A stretch of DNA of 64,000 nucleotides from an uncultured Acidobacteriota bacterium. GTDB lineage: Bacteria > Acidobacteriota > Thermoanaerobaculia > Multivoradales > UBA5704. A program made the position numbers and the translations under genes. This document shows positions 9,401 through 19,218 of this stretch, in pieces. Below the pieces are notes generated by a model. That model searched no databases. It was not told where the DNA came from and was given only the letters and a program-made list of their open reading frames with translations. The DNA is taken from positions 1,312,001 to 1,376,000 of the forward strand of contig OY969474.1 in the NCBI GenBank assembly GCA_963700145.1, written 5' to 3'. Position 1 is the first letter of the stretch; every line of letters begins with the position of its first letter.

Positions 9401-10503
9401 GCGCGCCGGGGAGCGACGAGGCGCGAAAGCTTTCGCGCCGGGCTCCGGTCGATGCGAGGAGCGCTTTCCGTCGCGCGACCAGCGCGACGGGCTCCGAGCT
9501 CGCGGCGCTCGGGGCTCTCGCGGCAGCGCACGTCTCGCTTCCCCGGCAGGAGCTCGAGGAGCGGCTGCGCGGCGCGGGAGTAGACGGCGCCCGCGGCGTC
9601 GTCGACGCCGTCGTGACGCGCGGGTGGGCGCGCGGGCAAGGCAGTGCGCTGGCGCTGACCGCCGCCGGCGGCGCCGCGCTTCTCGACGCCTGGAGCAGCA
9701 TCGAAGGCGCCCTCGCCGTCAACCCCGCCGCCGCCGGCGCCGAGAGCTGCCCCTCGATCCCCTGGCTGACGCTCGTCGAGACCGAGTGGATCGAGGCCCT
9801 GTCGTTCAACTACCGCGTCGATCCGGAAGCCCTGCGCGCCCTCCTGCCACCGCCGCTCGCGCCCGAGGTCTTCAAGGCGCACGGCTGGGTGCAGGTGCTG
9901 ATCTCCTCGCTGCGGGAGATGCGCCCGCGCGGGCTGCCGGGGCCGGCGGGCGTCTCCTTCTACCAGGTCAGCTACCGCGCCGCCGTGCGCTACCGCGGCG
10001 GCGACGGGGCCTGGCGGCGCGGCGGCTACTTCACGCGCAGCGAGACCAACGACCCGATGATGCGCGCCATCGGCAACCGCCTCACCGAGTTCCGCTTCCA
10101 CGACTTCGGCGCCGCAGACATCTTGATGGTGCGCGACGGCGACTTCCTGACCCTCGGCGTCGACGCCGCGACGGCCGGCGGCAAGCTCGTCGGCGTCGTC
10201 GACACGCGGCCGCTGCCGGGGCCACCGCCGGGCTCGCTGTGGGCCTCGCTGGAGGAGCTGCACGAGCCGCTCGTCGAGTGCTTCGACGCCTACGGCGTGG
10301 ATCCGGCGGCAGGCTATCTCTACACGCTGCGCATCGAACGCGGCCCCTGGCGGCCGCGCTTCGTCGCGCCGCTCGACCTCTTTTGCGAGTACTTTGCGCC
10401 GGACGGCGCCTGGGGCGACCGCGCCACGCTCGACTCGGTGCTCCACATCCCGCGCTGCCCCTACCGCTGGCTGCCGCTCGCCCGCGAGCCGCTACCGGCC
10501 TAG
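9397..10503 (+). CDS. DUF2071/YqjF-like protein with N-terminal winged-helix-like region
   Basis: SFNYRVDPEALRALLPPPL and FYQVSYR motifs; N-terminal RGWA..LALTAAG; ATG overlaps upstream TGA. Confidence 0.65.
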   Translation: MSAPGSDEARKLSRRAPVDARSAFRRATSATGSELAALGALAAAHVSLPRQELEERLRGAGVDGARGVVDAVVTRGWARGQGSALALTAAGGAALLDAWSSIEGALAVNPAAAGAESCPSIPWLTLVETEWIEALSFNYRVDPEALRALLPPPLAPEVFKAHGWVQVLISSLREMRPRGLPGPAGVSFYQVSYRAAVRYRGGDGAWRRGGYFTRSETNDPMMRAIGNRLTEFRFHDFGAADILMVRDGDFLTLGVDAATAGGKLVGVVDTRPLPGPPPGSLWASLEELHEPLVECFDAYGVDPAAGYLYTLRIERGPWRPRFVAPLDLFCEYFAPDGAWGDRATLDSVLHIPRCPYRWLPLAREPLPA

Positions 10504-10533
10504 AATCGCCGCGACCGGCAAGGAGAGTCCCCG

Positions 10534-10872
10534 ATGAGCGACCTGGCGTCGAAGCAGTGCATCCCATGCCGCGGCGGCGTGCCGCCGCTCGAGGGGGCGG
10601 AGCTGGAGCGCCTGCTCGGCGAGCTTAACGGCGAGGGCGGCGGCTGGCGGGTGGTCGACGGCCACCACCTCGAGAAGGAGTACGCCTTCCCCGACTTCCG
10701 CCAGGCGCTCGCCTTCGTCAACCGCGTCGGCGAGCTGGCCGAGGAGCAAGGGCACCACCCCGACCTCTACCTCTCCTGGGGGAAGGCCCGCTTCACCACC
10801 TGGACGCACAAGATCGACGGCCTGACCGAGAGCGACTTCGTCCTCGCCGCCAAGGCCGACCGGCTGGCCTGA
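10534..10872 (+). CDS. phhB: Pterin-4-alpha-carbinolamine dehydratase
   Basis: CIPCRGG, AEEQGHHPDL and WTHKIDGLTESDF motifs; AAGGAG RBS. Confidence 0.92.
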   Translation: MSDLASKQCIPCRGGVPPLEGAELERLLGELNGEGGGWRVVDGHHLEKEYAFPDFRQALAFVNRVGELAEEQGHHPDLYLSWGKARFTTWTHKIDGLTESDFVLAAKADRLA

Positions 10873-10897
10873 TCCGCGATCGCCGATCCCCCCGCAG

Positions 10898-10922
10898 GTT
10901 GCTTTTGAGCAACTGATATGAT
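10898..10922 (+). promoter_or_regulatory. Palindromic operator plus extended -10 upstream of subtilase
   Basis: GTTGCT-TTTG-AGCAAC followed by TGA-TATGAT. Confidence 0.4.
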
Positions 10923-10949
10923 GGTGCTCTTTACCTCTCGGGGGATTCG

Positions 10950-13900
10950 ATGTCGAGCAACCCGTGGTTCCGTGGTCTCGGAGTCGTGTTCTGCTTCCTC
11001 GCCTCGGCCGTACCCGCGGTGTCGGCCGCTCCGCCTGGAAAGCTGCCGGCCGTCAAGCGGAGTGGCCGAGCGGCCTACATCGTCCAGCTCGTCGAGCCGC
11101 CGCTCGCCCGCTATCGCGGCGGCGCCCCCGGCCTGCAGGCGACCAACCCGCACGCCCGCGGCGAGCGGAAGCTCGACAGCCGGAGCCCCGACAGCCGCCG
11201 CTACACGGCCTATCTGCTCGCCCGCCAGCAGCAGGCCCTCGCCGCCGTCGGCCAGACGCTCGGCCGCGAGGTGGCGGCCCTCCACCGCTATACCCAGAGC
11301 TTCAACGGCTTGGCCCTGGAGCTGACGGAAGCCGAGGTGCGGACGCTCGCGCGCCTGCCCGGCGTGGCGGGCGTGACGCCCAGCCGCGAGCTGCGTCCCC
11401 TGACCGACGCCGGCCCGTCGTGGATCGGCGCCCCCGGCATCTGGGACGGCACCGCCACCGGCGGGCTCCCCGGCACGAAAGGGGAAGGGATCCTCGTCGG
11501 GATGATCGACACCGGCATCAACCTCGACCATCCTTCGTTCGCCGACGTCGGCGGCGACGGCTACGACCACACCAACCCGCGCGGTGCCGGCAACTACGTC
11601 GGCTGGTGCGACCCCGCCAACCCGGCCTACGACCCCGCCCTCCCCTGCAACGACAAGCTGATCGGCGTCTGGAGCTACCCGGACAGCGGCAACGATCCCG
11701 AGGACGATTACGGGCACGGCTCCCACACGGCCGGCACCGTGGCCGGCAACCACACCACCCTGGACTACGCCGCCGGCATGCCGCGGGCCGTCTCGGGCGT
11801 CGCGCCGCACGCCAACTTGATCTCTTACGACGTGTGCGTCTTCAGCTGCCCCTACAGCGCGCTGCTGGCGGGGATCGACCAGGCCGTCGCGGACGGCGTC
11901 GACGTGATCAACTTCTCGATCGGCGGCTGGGTGTTCGAGGATCCCTGGGACGACGTGCTCGCCGCCGCCTTCCTGGGTGCGCGCGAGGCCGGCGTCTTCG
12001 TCGCCGCTTCGGCCGGCAACAGCGGCCCCTGGTCCTCCTCGATCGGCACGCCGGCGTTCGCCCCCTGGCTCCTCACCGTCGGCGCGGCGACGCACGGCCG
12101 GGCGCTGGTCAGCACCCTCGCCGGCATGGCCGGCGGCGACACGACGCCGCCTCCCGATCTCCGGGGCAAGGGCCTGACCGGCAGTTACGGGCCGGCGGCC
12201 ATCGTGCACGCCGAGGACTTCGGCGACGCCTACTGCTCTTCGGCCTTCGCGGCCGGGACTTTCAACGGCCAGATCGTCGTCTGCGACGCGTACTTCAGCG
12301 ATCCACAGTTCATGGGACAGAACGTTCTCGCCGGCGGCGCCGGTGGTCTGGTCGTCGCCAACCTCTACAGCTGGCTAGGCGTCTTCGAGAGCGGCAACGT
12401 CCTGCCGGCGGTCCAGATCGACTCCAGCAAGGCGGACCAGCTCCGCGCCTGGCTCGCCGGCGGCTCGGGGCACGCCGGCTCGATCACGGGAGCTACCTTC
12501 GTCTCCGACCCGGCGGTCGCCGACGTCCTCGCCTACTTCAGCTCGCGCGGCCCCAACCCGATCGTCGCCGACGTCATCAAGCCGGACCTCATCGGCCCCG
12601 GCGTCGACGTCCTCGCCGCCACGAAGGACCCGGGGCTCTCCGCGCGGCTCAGCGGCACCTCGATGTCGAGCCCGCACGCCGCGGGCGCGGCGGCGCTACT
12701 CATCGCGCTCCACCCGAGCTGGACGCCGGCCGAGGTGCAGTCGGCCCTCATGACGACGGCACAGACGAGCGGCCTCAAGAAGGAGGACGGCACGACTCCC
12801 GCGACCAGCCCCTTCGACGTCGGGGCGGGGCGCGTCGATCTCGGAGACGCGGCGCGCGCCGGGCTGGTGCTCGACGTGACCCCAGCCGCCTTCGCGGCGG
12901 CCGACCCGGAGCTGGGGGGTGATCCCGCGACCCTCAACCTGGCGAGCCTCGCCGAGAGATGTCTCCCGGCCGCGCCGTGCTCCTGGACCCGCACGGTGCG
13001 GAGCACGCTGGCGGCGCCGTCGGAGTGGACGGTCTCGCACTCGGTTCCGGCCGGGATGAGCGTCACTGTCGTCCCGAGCTCCTTCTCCCTCGCGCCGGGC
13101 GCCACCCAGGAGCTCCAGATCTCGGTCGCCAACGACGCCGGCCTCTCCGGCTGGCAGACCGGCAGCATCCACTTGAGCGAGAACGGGGGACTGGCGCCCG
13201 GGGCGCACCTGCCGCTCGCCGTCCGCTGGGTCGACTTCCACGAGCTCGCGGTCAGCAAGTCGGGGGCCGGCACCGGGCGGGTGACCAGCAATCCGCCGGG
13301 GATCGACTGCGGCGCCACTTGCTCGGCGCGGTTCGTGGAGGAGAGCTTCGTCACGCTGACCGCCACCGCCGATCCCGGCTCCGTCTTCCTCGGCTGGGGG
13401 GGCGACTGCTACGGCACGAGCACCTGCAGCCTGAGCATGTACTACGACCGTTTCGCCATCGCCTACTTCGACGTCCAGCCCCCGGACCTGCCGCTCAGCA
13501 ACCGGGTGCCGACGAGGGGCTCGATGAACAGCCCCACCTACAACGGTTCCTGGCGCTACTACTACGCCGATCTAGGCGCCGGCAACGGGGAGCTGGTGGT
13601 CGACCTCTTCGACATGACCGGCGATGTCGATCTCTACGTCCGGCACGGTCAGAAGCCGAGCTTCTATGAGTACCACTGCTCCGATTATTACTACGGCACT
13701 CCCAACCGCAGATGCGTCATCACCGGGCCCGCGGCCGGGCGCTGGTGGGTCGGGATCAACAACGGCGACGTGGGGCTCATCCAGTACTCCGTCCGCGCGA
13801 GCTGGGGGAACAGCGCCGACCGCGCGCTGCAGAACGGCGTGCCGGTCGACGACTACGTCTCCGGCTACCAGGCAGGCGACGCCTGGAAGTACTACTCTGC

Positions 13901-14513
13901 GGACCTCTCGCAGGGCGGGGAGGAGCTGCTGGTCGAGCTGAGGAACCTCTCGGCGGACGCCGACCTCTTCGTGCGTTACGGCGCCAAGCCGGACCGGTCG
14001 AACTACGACTGCATCTCGGCCGAGGCGTCGACGCTGCCCGAGGCCTGTTCCATCCCTGCGGCCGCAGCCGGGCGCTGGTGGGTCGGGGTGAACAACTTCT
14101 CCGCCGGCACCGTGACCTACACCGTCGAGGGGAATTGGGCGTCTCCGGCACCCACCGCCTTCTACACCGTCACACCTTGCCGCTTGGTCGATACCCGCAT
14201 CGGCGGTCCGGCGCTCGCCAACGGGGTGGCCCGCGCCTTCACCCTCACCGGCAACTGCGGCGTGCCGCCGACGGCCAAGGCGCTTTCGCTCAACGTCACG
14301 GTGGCGCAGTCGACGGGCGGCGGCTTCGTGGTTCTCTATCCGGGAGACTCTCCACCGCCGCCGACCAGCACGCTGAACTTCAAGGCCAGCCAGGTGCGAG
14401 CCAACAACGCGGTCCTGCGGCTCAGCGCGGAGGGCACCCTTGCCGCCCTGGCCAGCGTCGGCGCCGGGGGTCAGGTACACCTGATCCTGGACGTGAACGG
14501 CTACTTCGAGTAA
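10950..14513 (+). CDS. Secreted S8 subtilisin-like protease (I9 propeptide, S8, PA, Fn3-like, InlB-B-like, 2x PPC, C-terminal TPCRxxDTR domain)
   Basis: Catalytic IDTG, HGSHTAGT and SGTSMSSPH; two DxDLxVRxGxKP PPC repeats; FYTVTPCRLVDTR..LILDVNGYF tail. Confidence 0.93.
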   Translation: MSSNPWFRGLGVVFCFLASAVPAVSAAPPGKLPAVKRSGRAAYIVQLVEPPLARYRGGAPGLQATNPHARGERKLDSRSPDSRRYTAYLLARQQQALAAVGQTLGREVAALHRYTQSFNGLALELTEAEVRTLARLPGVAGVTPSRELRPLTDAGPSWIGAPGIWDGTATGGLPGTKGEGILVGMIDTGINLDHPSFADVGGDGYDHTNPRGAGNYVGWCDPANPAYDPALPCNDKLIGVWSYPDSGNDPEDDYGHGSHTAGTVAGNHTTLDYAAGMPRAVSGVAPHANLISYDVCVFSCPYSALLAGIDQAVADGVDVINFSIGGWVFEDPWDDVLAAAFLGAREAGVFVAASAGNSGPWSSSIGTPAFAPWLLTVGAATHGRALVSTLAGMAGGDTTPPPDLRGKGLTGSYGPAAIVHAEDFGDAYCSSAFAAGTFNGQIVVCDAYFSDPQFMGQNVLAGGAGGLVVANLYSWLGVFESGNVLPAVQIDSSKADQLRAWLAGGSGHAGSITGATFVSDPAVADVLAYFSSRGPNPIVADVIKPDLIGPGVDVLAATKDPGLSARLSGTSMSSPHAAGAAALLIALHPSWTPAEVQSALMTTAQTSGLKKEDGTTPATSPFDVGAGRVDLGDAARAGLVLDVTPAAFAAADPELGGDPATLNLASLAERCLPAAPCSWTRTVRSTLAAPSEWTVSHSVPAGMSVTVVPSSFSLAPGATQELQISVANDAGLSGWQTGSIHLSENGGLAPGAHLPLAVRWVDFHELAVSKSGAGTGRVTSNPPGIDCGATCSARFVEESFVTLTATADPGSVFLGWGGDCYGTSTCSLSMYYDRFAIAYFDVQPPDLPLSNRVPTRGSMNSPTYNGSWRYYYADLGAGNGELVVDLFDMTGDVDLYVRHGQKPSFYEYHCSDYYYGTPNRRCVITGPAAGRWWVGINNGDVGLIQYSVRASWGNSADRALQNGVPVDDYVSGYQAGDAWKYYSADLSQGGEELLVELRNLSADADLFVRYGAKPDRSNYDCISAEASTLPEACSIPAAAAGRWWVGVNNFSAGTVTYTVEGNWASPAPTAFYTVTPCRLVDTRIGGPALANGVARAFTLTGNCGVPPTAKALSLNVTVAQSTGGGFVVLYPGDSPPPPTSTLNFKASQVRANNAVLRLSAEGTLAALASVGAGGQVHLILDVNGYFE

Positions 14514-14902
14514 GGGCGCGACGAAGCCGGCGACTCGCGCGCCGGCGGCGCTGCCGCCCCCTGTGCGAGGAAGGCCCGCAGCAGCCTCTGCTCGTCAGGC
14601 GCTTGGATGCGGGTGAAGAGTTGCTCGCCGAGATAGTGGATGGTCGCGGGCTCGTCGAAGGGGAGCTTCTCGTACATGCGACCGCCGGCGAAGTGGCAAG
14701 GGCCGCAGCGGGTCTCGAGGAGCGGCCGCACCTCGTTTTGGAAGTCGACCGCGCGAACGGGCGCGGTGTGTGCCGGGATGGCAAGGCTGCGCGGGGGCGT
14801 CGCCGTTCGAGCGTCCGCCAGCTCCGGCGCGCCGCGGGCGCAGGTCCCGACGCCAGCGAGCAGGACGGCCAGCGCGGCGAGCCCCGAGGCCGGGTGGATC
14901 AC
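14501..14902 (-). CDS. Small exported monoheme cytochrome c-like protein
   Basis: Hydrophobic leader; CGPCH heme motif; TAGGAT box 6 nt before GTG. Confidence 0.6.
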   Translation of the reverse strand: MIHPASGLAALAVLLAGVGTCARGAPELADARTATPPRSLAIPAHTAPVRAVDFQNEVRPLLETRCGPCHFAGGRMYEKLPFDEPATIHYLGEQLFTRIQAPDEQRLLRAFLAQGAAAPPARESPASSRPYSK

Positions 14903-14960
14903 GGCTCGATCCTACTCCTCTCCGCTCGGGGAACCTGATGCCGCGGCGGCAGGGCTGCGG

Positions 14961-15220
14961 AAGCTCCGGTACGGTGACGGGCGCTCCGGAGCCATCACAG
15001 GAGCTCCGTTACCGTAACGGAAGGTCCGTGATCGTAACGGAAGCGCCGTCGCCGTAACGGAAGCGCCGTTACCATAACGGAAGCGCCGTTACCGTACCGG
15101 GTGCTCCGTTACCGTACCGGGCGCTCCGTTATCGTGCCGGGCGCTCCATCTCCATAACCGGCGCTCCGTCACCGTAACGGCGCCTCCATCGGCGTAACGG
15201 CGCCTCCATCGGCGTAACGG
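14961..15220. repeat. Tandem array of 13 degenerate 20-bp units with palindromic core CCGTTAC-C-GTAACGG
   Basis: Exact 20-bp periodicity, e.g. gagctccgttaccgtaacgg, aagcgccgttaccataacgg, gcgctccgtcaccgtaacgg. Confidence 0.92.
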
Positions 15221-15343
15221 GGCGCCCGTAGCCCAGATCGAGCGCTCGGAGCCTCCTCGGATCGCGGCTCGGCTAGCCGGCACCGACGCCGCGGCGTGCT
15301 ATGGTCGCGCCGGTCCAAGACGCCAGCTCTGGAGCTGTTCTCG

Positions 15344-17122
15344 ATGCACCGCACGGCCTCCTTCGCCGCCGCTCTCCTCCTCGCCGCCGCGCCCCATGGC
15401 GCGCGGGCCGCCGAGCCGGCCGCCGCGCCGCCTGCCGAGCCCACGTTCTTTGAGGTCATCGACGTCCGCGTCGTCAACGTCGAGGTGATCGTCACCGACC
15501 GCGCCGGGCAGCCGGTGCCGGGGCTGGCGCGCGAGGACTTTGAGCTCCTGGAGGACGGCCGCCCGGTCCAGATCGACTACTTCTACGCCGAGAGCTCCGC
15601 GCCGGGAGCGGAGACGGCGCCGCCCGCGGCGGACCCGGCCATCACCGCGGACACTCCCCCACCCGCGCCGGCGGTGCTCGAGCCCTCCCCCGAGCAGCGG
15701 TTGCACGTCGGCGTCTTCATCGACGACCAGAGCCTGACGGCGCCGGCGCGCAACCGGCTGCTGCCGGCGCTCCGCCGCTTCCTCGGCACCGAGCTCGGGC
15801 GCGGCGACCGGCTCCTCCTCGCCCGTTACGACGGCAGCCTCACCGTGCAGCAGCCGCCGGTCGGCAGCTCAGGGGCGATCGAGGCCGCCCTCGACGCCGC
15901 GGGCCGCGGCTCGGCGCGCGGCTCCGACCGCCGCGCCGACCTGGCGCACCTGCTGCGTGAGCTGCAGGGGGGCCAACTCGCCGGCGAGAGCGAGAACGAC
16001 CATTCCGAGATGGACGCCGCCGGGATCTACGCCGGCATCCGCATGTACTCGCAGACCCGCTACGACGAGGTGCGGCGCACGCTCGGCGCCCTGTCGCAGG
16101 TGGTCGATGCGCTCGCCGGCCTGCCCGGGCGCAAGGCGCTGCTCTATGTCGGCGGCGGCCTTTCGCTGCGGCCCGGCGAGGCGCTCTACCGCGCCTTCGA
16201 GGGGAAGTACGGGCGCCTGGCGATGCGCGTCGGCGGCTCGCCGAACGACATTCTCCAGCACGACGCCACGCCGCTCCTGCGCGATCTGGCGGCGCGCGCC
16301 AACGCCGGCCGCGTCACCGTCTACGCCATCGGTGCGCCGGAGGACCAGGGCAGCCTCGCCCTCGAGCAGCGGCTGGACCCGCGGGCGATGAACACGCCGA
16401 GCGGCGGCATCACCTGGTCGACCGAGCTGGCCGCCAGCGAGAGCTTCAACCTGAGCGAGCCGTTGCAGATGATGGCCGGCCCGACCGGCGGCGTCGCCGC
16501 CTTCGACACGCCGAACCCGGGTGCTCTCCTGGCGACCGTGCAGCGCGACCTCTCGTCGTACTACTCGCTGGGCTTCGTCCCGTCGCGGCGCGACGGCGAC
16601 GCACGCCGGCTCGAGGTGCGGGTCAAGCGCCCGGACCTGCGGGTGCGCCATCGCGAGGGGTACCGCGAGGCGACCGGCCGCGAGCGTGCGGCGCGCGGCA
16701 CGCGCTCGGCGATCTTCCTCGGCTGGAGCGAGAACCCGCTCGAGGCGGCGATCGAGGTCGAGGGCTCGACGCTCGACCGCGACGGGCAGCTCCTCGTCGA
16801 TCTCCTGGTCAAGGTGCCGCTCGGCAAGCTCGTGCTGCTGCCGCAGGCCGACTTCCACGAGGGGCGGCTCACCGTTTTCGTCGGGGCGCGCGACCGGCAC
16901 GGCCGCACCTCCGACCTGACGGAGGTCGTGATCCCGATCCGCGTCCCCAACGATCAGCTCCTCACGGCGCTCGGGCAGGTCGCCGGTTATCGCGCCCGCC
17001 TCCGCCTGCGGCCGATCGAGCACCTGGTGGCGGTCGGCGTCCGCGACGAGCTGGGCAACGTCGAGTCGACGGCGACCACGGAGTTCCGTCCCGAGGCGGC
17101 CGCCGCCGGCTCCGGGCGCTGA
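15344..17122 (+). CDS. VWA domain protein (acidobacterial VWFA-related type)
   Basis: Signal peptide; VRVVNVEVIVTDRAGQPVPGL..DF, PGRKALL, YYSLGF and VRHREGY motifs. Confidence 0.85.
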   Translation: MHRTASFAAALLLAAAPHGARAAEPAAAPPAEPTFFEVIDVRVVNVEVIVTDRAGQPVPGLAREDFELLEDGRPVQIDYFYAESSAPGAETAPPAADPAITADTPPPAPAVLEPSPEQRLHVGVFIDDQSLTAPARNRLLPALRRFLGTELGRGDRLLLARYDGSLTVQQPPVGSSGAIEAALDAAGRGSARGSDRRADLAHLLRELQGGQLAGESENDHSEMDAAGIYAGIRMYSQTRYDEVRRTLGALSQVVDALAGLPGRKALLYVGGGLSLRPGEALYRAFEGKYGRLAMRVGGSPNDILQHDATPLLRDLAARANAGRVTVYAIGAPEDQGSLALEQRLDPRAMNTPSGGITWSTELAASESFNLSEPLQMMAGPTGGVAAFDTPNPGALLATVQRDLSSYYSLGFVPSRRDGDARRLEVRVKRPDLRVRHREGYREATGRERAARGTRSAIFLGWSENPLEAAIEVEGSTLDRDGQLLVDLLVKVPLGKLVLLPQADFHEGRLTVFVGARDRHGRTSDLTEVVIPIRVPNDQLLTALGQVAGYRARLRLRPIEHLVAVGVRDELGNVESTATTEFRPEAAAAGSGR

Positions 17123-19218
17123 TGGTCTTGCGGCGGCGCGCCATCTCGGGCGCCACCCTCTTCGCGGCGGCGCTCGCCGCCGCGGCGCAGGCGCCCCCGG
17201 CGCCCGCCGCTCCTCCCCCGCCGCTCCGCTCGATGCCGGCCGGCGGCCTGCCGGCCGACGCCGCCGCCCTGCTCGTCAGCGGGCAGGAGGGCGGCGCGCT
17301 CCCCTTCGCCGTCCTCGCGCTCCCGCTGCCGGGAACGGGCGAGCGCGCCCGCGTCGCGGTGCGCGTCGAGATCGACGGCGCAACCTTGCTGGCGGCGACC
17401 GCGGAGCCGCCGGTGCGCGCCGAGGTCTACCTCTACGCCCTCGACGAGCGCGGGCGGATCGGCGACTCGCTCCTCGAGGTCCTCGAGGTCGATGCCGAGC
17501 GCCTCGGCGACGAGCTGGCCGCCGCCGGCGCGGCGCTCTCCGGCCAGCTCGCGCTCCTTCCCGGTGCCTACACCCTGCGGGCCCTGGTCCGCGCGCCGAG
17601 CACCGGCGTGCTCGGACTGCGCGCCATGCCGCTGGCCGTCCCCGACTTTCGACGTGGCACGCCGGCCCTCCTCCCGCCGCTCTTCCCCGCTCCCGCCGGC
17701 GGCTGGCTGGAGGTGAGCGCGTCGCGCGGGGCCGCGCCGTCGGACGTCCTGGGGACCGCGCGCGCGGCGGCGCGGGCGGTGCTGGCGCCCGGCGCCGCGG
17801 CGACCGCCGAGCTGCCGGTGTGGCGCACCGGCGAGTCCGGGGAGGTGACGCTGGAGGCGCGGCCGGACGCGGCAGGCCAGGGAGATGGCGGGGCGGCGGT
17901 GGCGCTGCCGGCCCGCGTGACCGGGCGGCGAGCGACCTCGATCGCCGGGCTCGACGTGCTGACCGTCGCGTTCGAGACCCGCTCCCTCCCGCCCGGAAGC
18001 TATGCGCTGACTGCGTCGCTCGCCGGCACCCGCTCGGCGGCGGCCGCCGTCACGGTCACCGCCGGCGCGGAGGAGGTGACCTGGGCGCAGCTCGGCGACG
18101 CCAGCGAGCCGGCCGTCGCGGCCGCCGCGCCAGGCACGCAGACCGCCCCCCGCCCCGCACGCCGCAACCGGCAGGCCACCGCCGCGTTGCGCACTGGGTT
18201 CCGCGAGGCGCTCCGCCGTCTCGCCGCCGGCGAGGCCGCCGCCGCCCGCGCCGCCCTGCGCGACCTAGAAGTCGCCGAGCTCGGCGGCGCGCGGCCGGCC
18301 GCCCCAGAAGCGCTCGCCGAGGTGGAGCTGGGGGTCGCGGTGGAGCTCGCCGCTGCGCACCCGGAGGCGCTGGTGCCCGTCCTCCTCCTCTATCAGCAGC
18401 TCCACCGCGAGCACCTGGAGGCCAAGCGCTACCTGCCGGCGGCGCACACGGCGGAGATGACCTTCGCGTTGGCCGACCTCTACGCCGGCCGCGGCGGACC
18501 GGCGGCGCGCCCGCTGGCGGCGCGCCTCCTGGTCGCGCTGGCGCTGGCCGACCTCGACCGCCCCCTCGGCGGCTTCGCCCTGCGCGCGCTGCGCGAGGCG
18601 CTGGCGCTGCACCCCGACGACGAGGTCGCCCTCTTGGCGCTGGCGGTCGAGGCCGAGCGGCGCGCGCTCTACCGGGAAGCCGTCGAGCGGCTCGAGCGAC
18701 TGCGGCGCCTCCGCCCGGCGGACGCGGAGGTGCGGCTCCGTCTCGCGGTCAACCTGGCGCGCGTGGGCAACGAGCGCGAGGCGAGGGGCCTGCTGGAGGA
18801 GCTGACGCGCGCGGCACCGGCCGGCGCGACGGCCGACGCCGCGGAGGACTGGCCGGTCGCGGTGGCCTTCCACGAGCTGGCCCGGCTGCAGCTGGCGGCC
18901 GAGGAGCCCGCCGCCGCGGAGCGGACGGCCCGCGCGGGGCTCGCCCGCTTCCCGCGCGACGAGAAGCTCGCGCTCCTCCTCGCCCTCGCGCTCGACCTCC
19001 AGGGACGGGGCGTCGAGGCGCGGCAGGAGCTCGGCGTGCTCAGCCCGGGCGGCGAGAGCGCCGCCTCGCCGCGCCACCGCTACGCCCGCCTGCCCGAGGG
19101 AGCGCTGGCGCGCGCCCGCCGCGAGCTGGAGCGGAGCGCGGCCGAGCGGCTCCCCTCTCTCGCCGCGGCCCTCGGCGGCCGCGAGGCGAGCGGCGCGCGG
19201 CCCGGAGGACCACCGTGA
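17122..19218 (+). CDS. Exported protein with C-terminal TPR repeats
   Basis: Signal peptide; Ala/Leu helical repeats (ALALHPDD, RLRPAD, ARFPRD); coupled to both neighbours. Confidence 0.7.
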   Translation: MVLRRRAISGATLFAAALAAAAQAPPAPAAPPPPLRSMPAGGLPADAAALLVSGQEGGALPFAVLALPLPGTGERARVAVRVEIDGATLLAATAEPPVRAEVYLYALDERGRIGDSLLEVLEVDAERLGDELAAAGAALSGQLALLPGAYTLRALVRAPSTGVLGLRAMPLAVPDFRRGTPALLPPLFPAPAGGWLEVSASRGAAPSDVLGTARAAARAVLAPGAAATAELPVWRTGESGEVTLEARPDAAGQGDGGAAVALPARVTGRRATSIAGLDVLTVAFETRSLPPGSYALTASLAGTRSAAAAVTVTAGAEEVTWAQLGDASEPAVAAAAPGTQTAPRPARRNRQATAALRTGFREALRRLAAGEAAAARAALRDLEVAELGGARPAAPEALAEVELGVAVELAAAHPEALVPVLLLYQQLHREHLEAKRYLPAAHTAEMTFALADLYAGRGGPAARPLAARLLVALALADLDRPLGGFALRALREALALHPDDEVALLALAVEAERRALYREAVERLERLRRLRPADAEVRLRLAVNLARVGNEREARGLLEELTRAAPAGATADAAEDWPVAVAFHELARLQLAAEEPAAAERTARAGLARFPRDEKLALLLALALDLQGRGVEARQELGVLSPGGESAASPRHRYARLPEGALARARRELERSAAERLPSLAAALGGREASGARPGGPP

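Noticed and set aside
14501-14902. Cytochrome c as the missing PuuD partner
   Set aside because: It is about 6 kb away with unrelated genes between, and nothing in the sequence links them.
14961-15220. Canonical parS cluster or coding repeat
   Set aside because: The core does not match TGTTTCACGTGAAACA, and the 20-bp period breaks reading frames; overlapping short ORFs look spurious.
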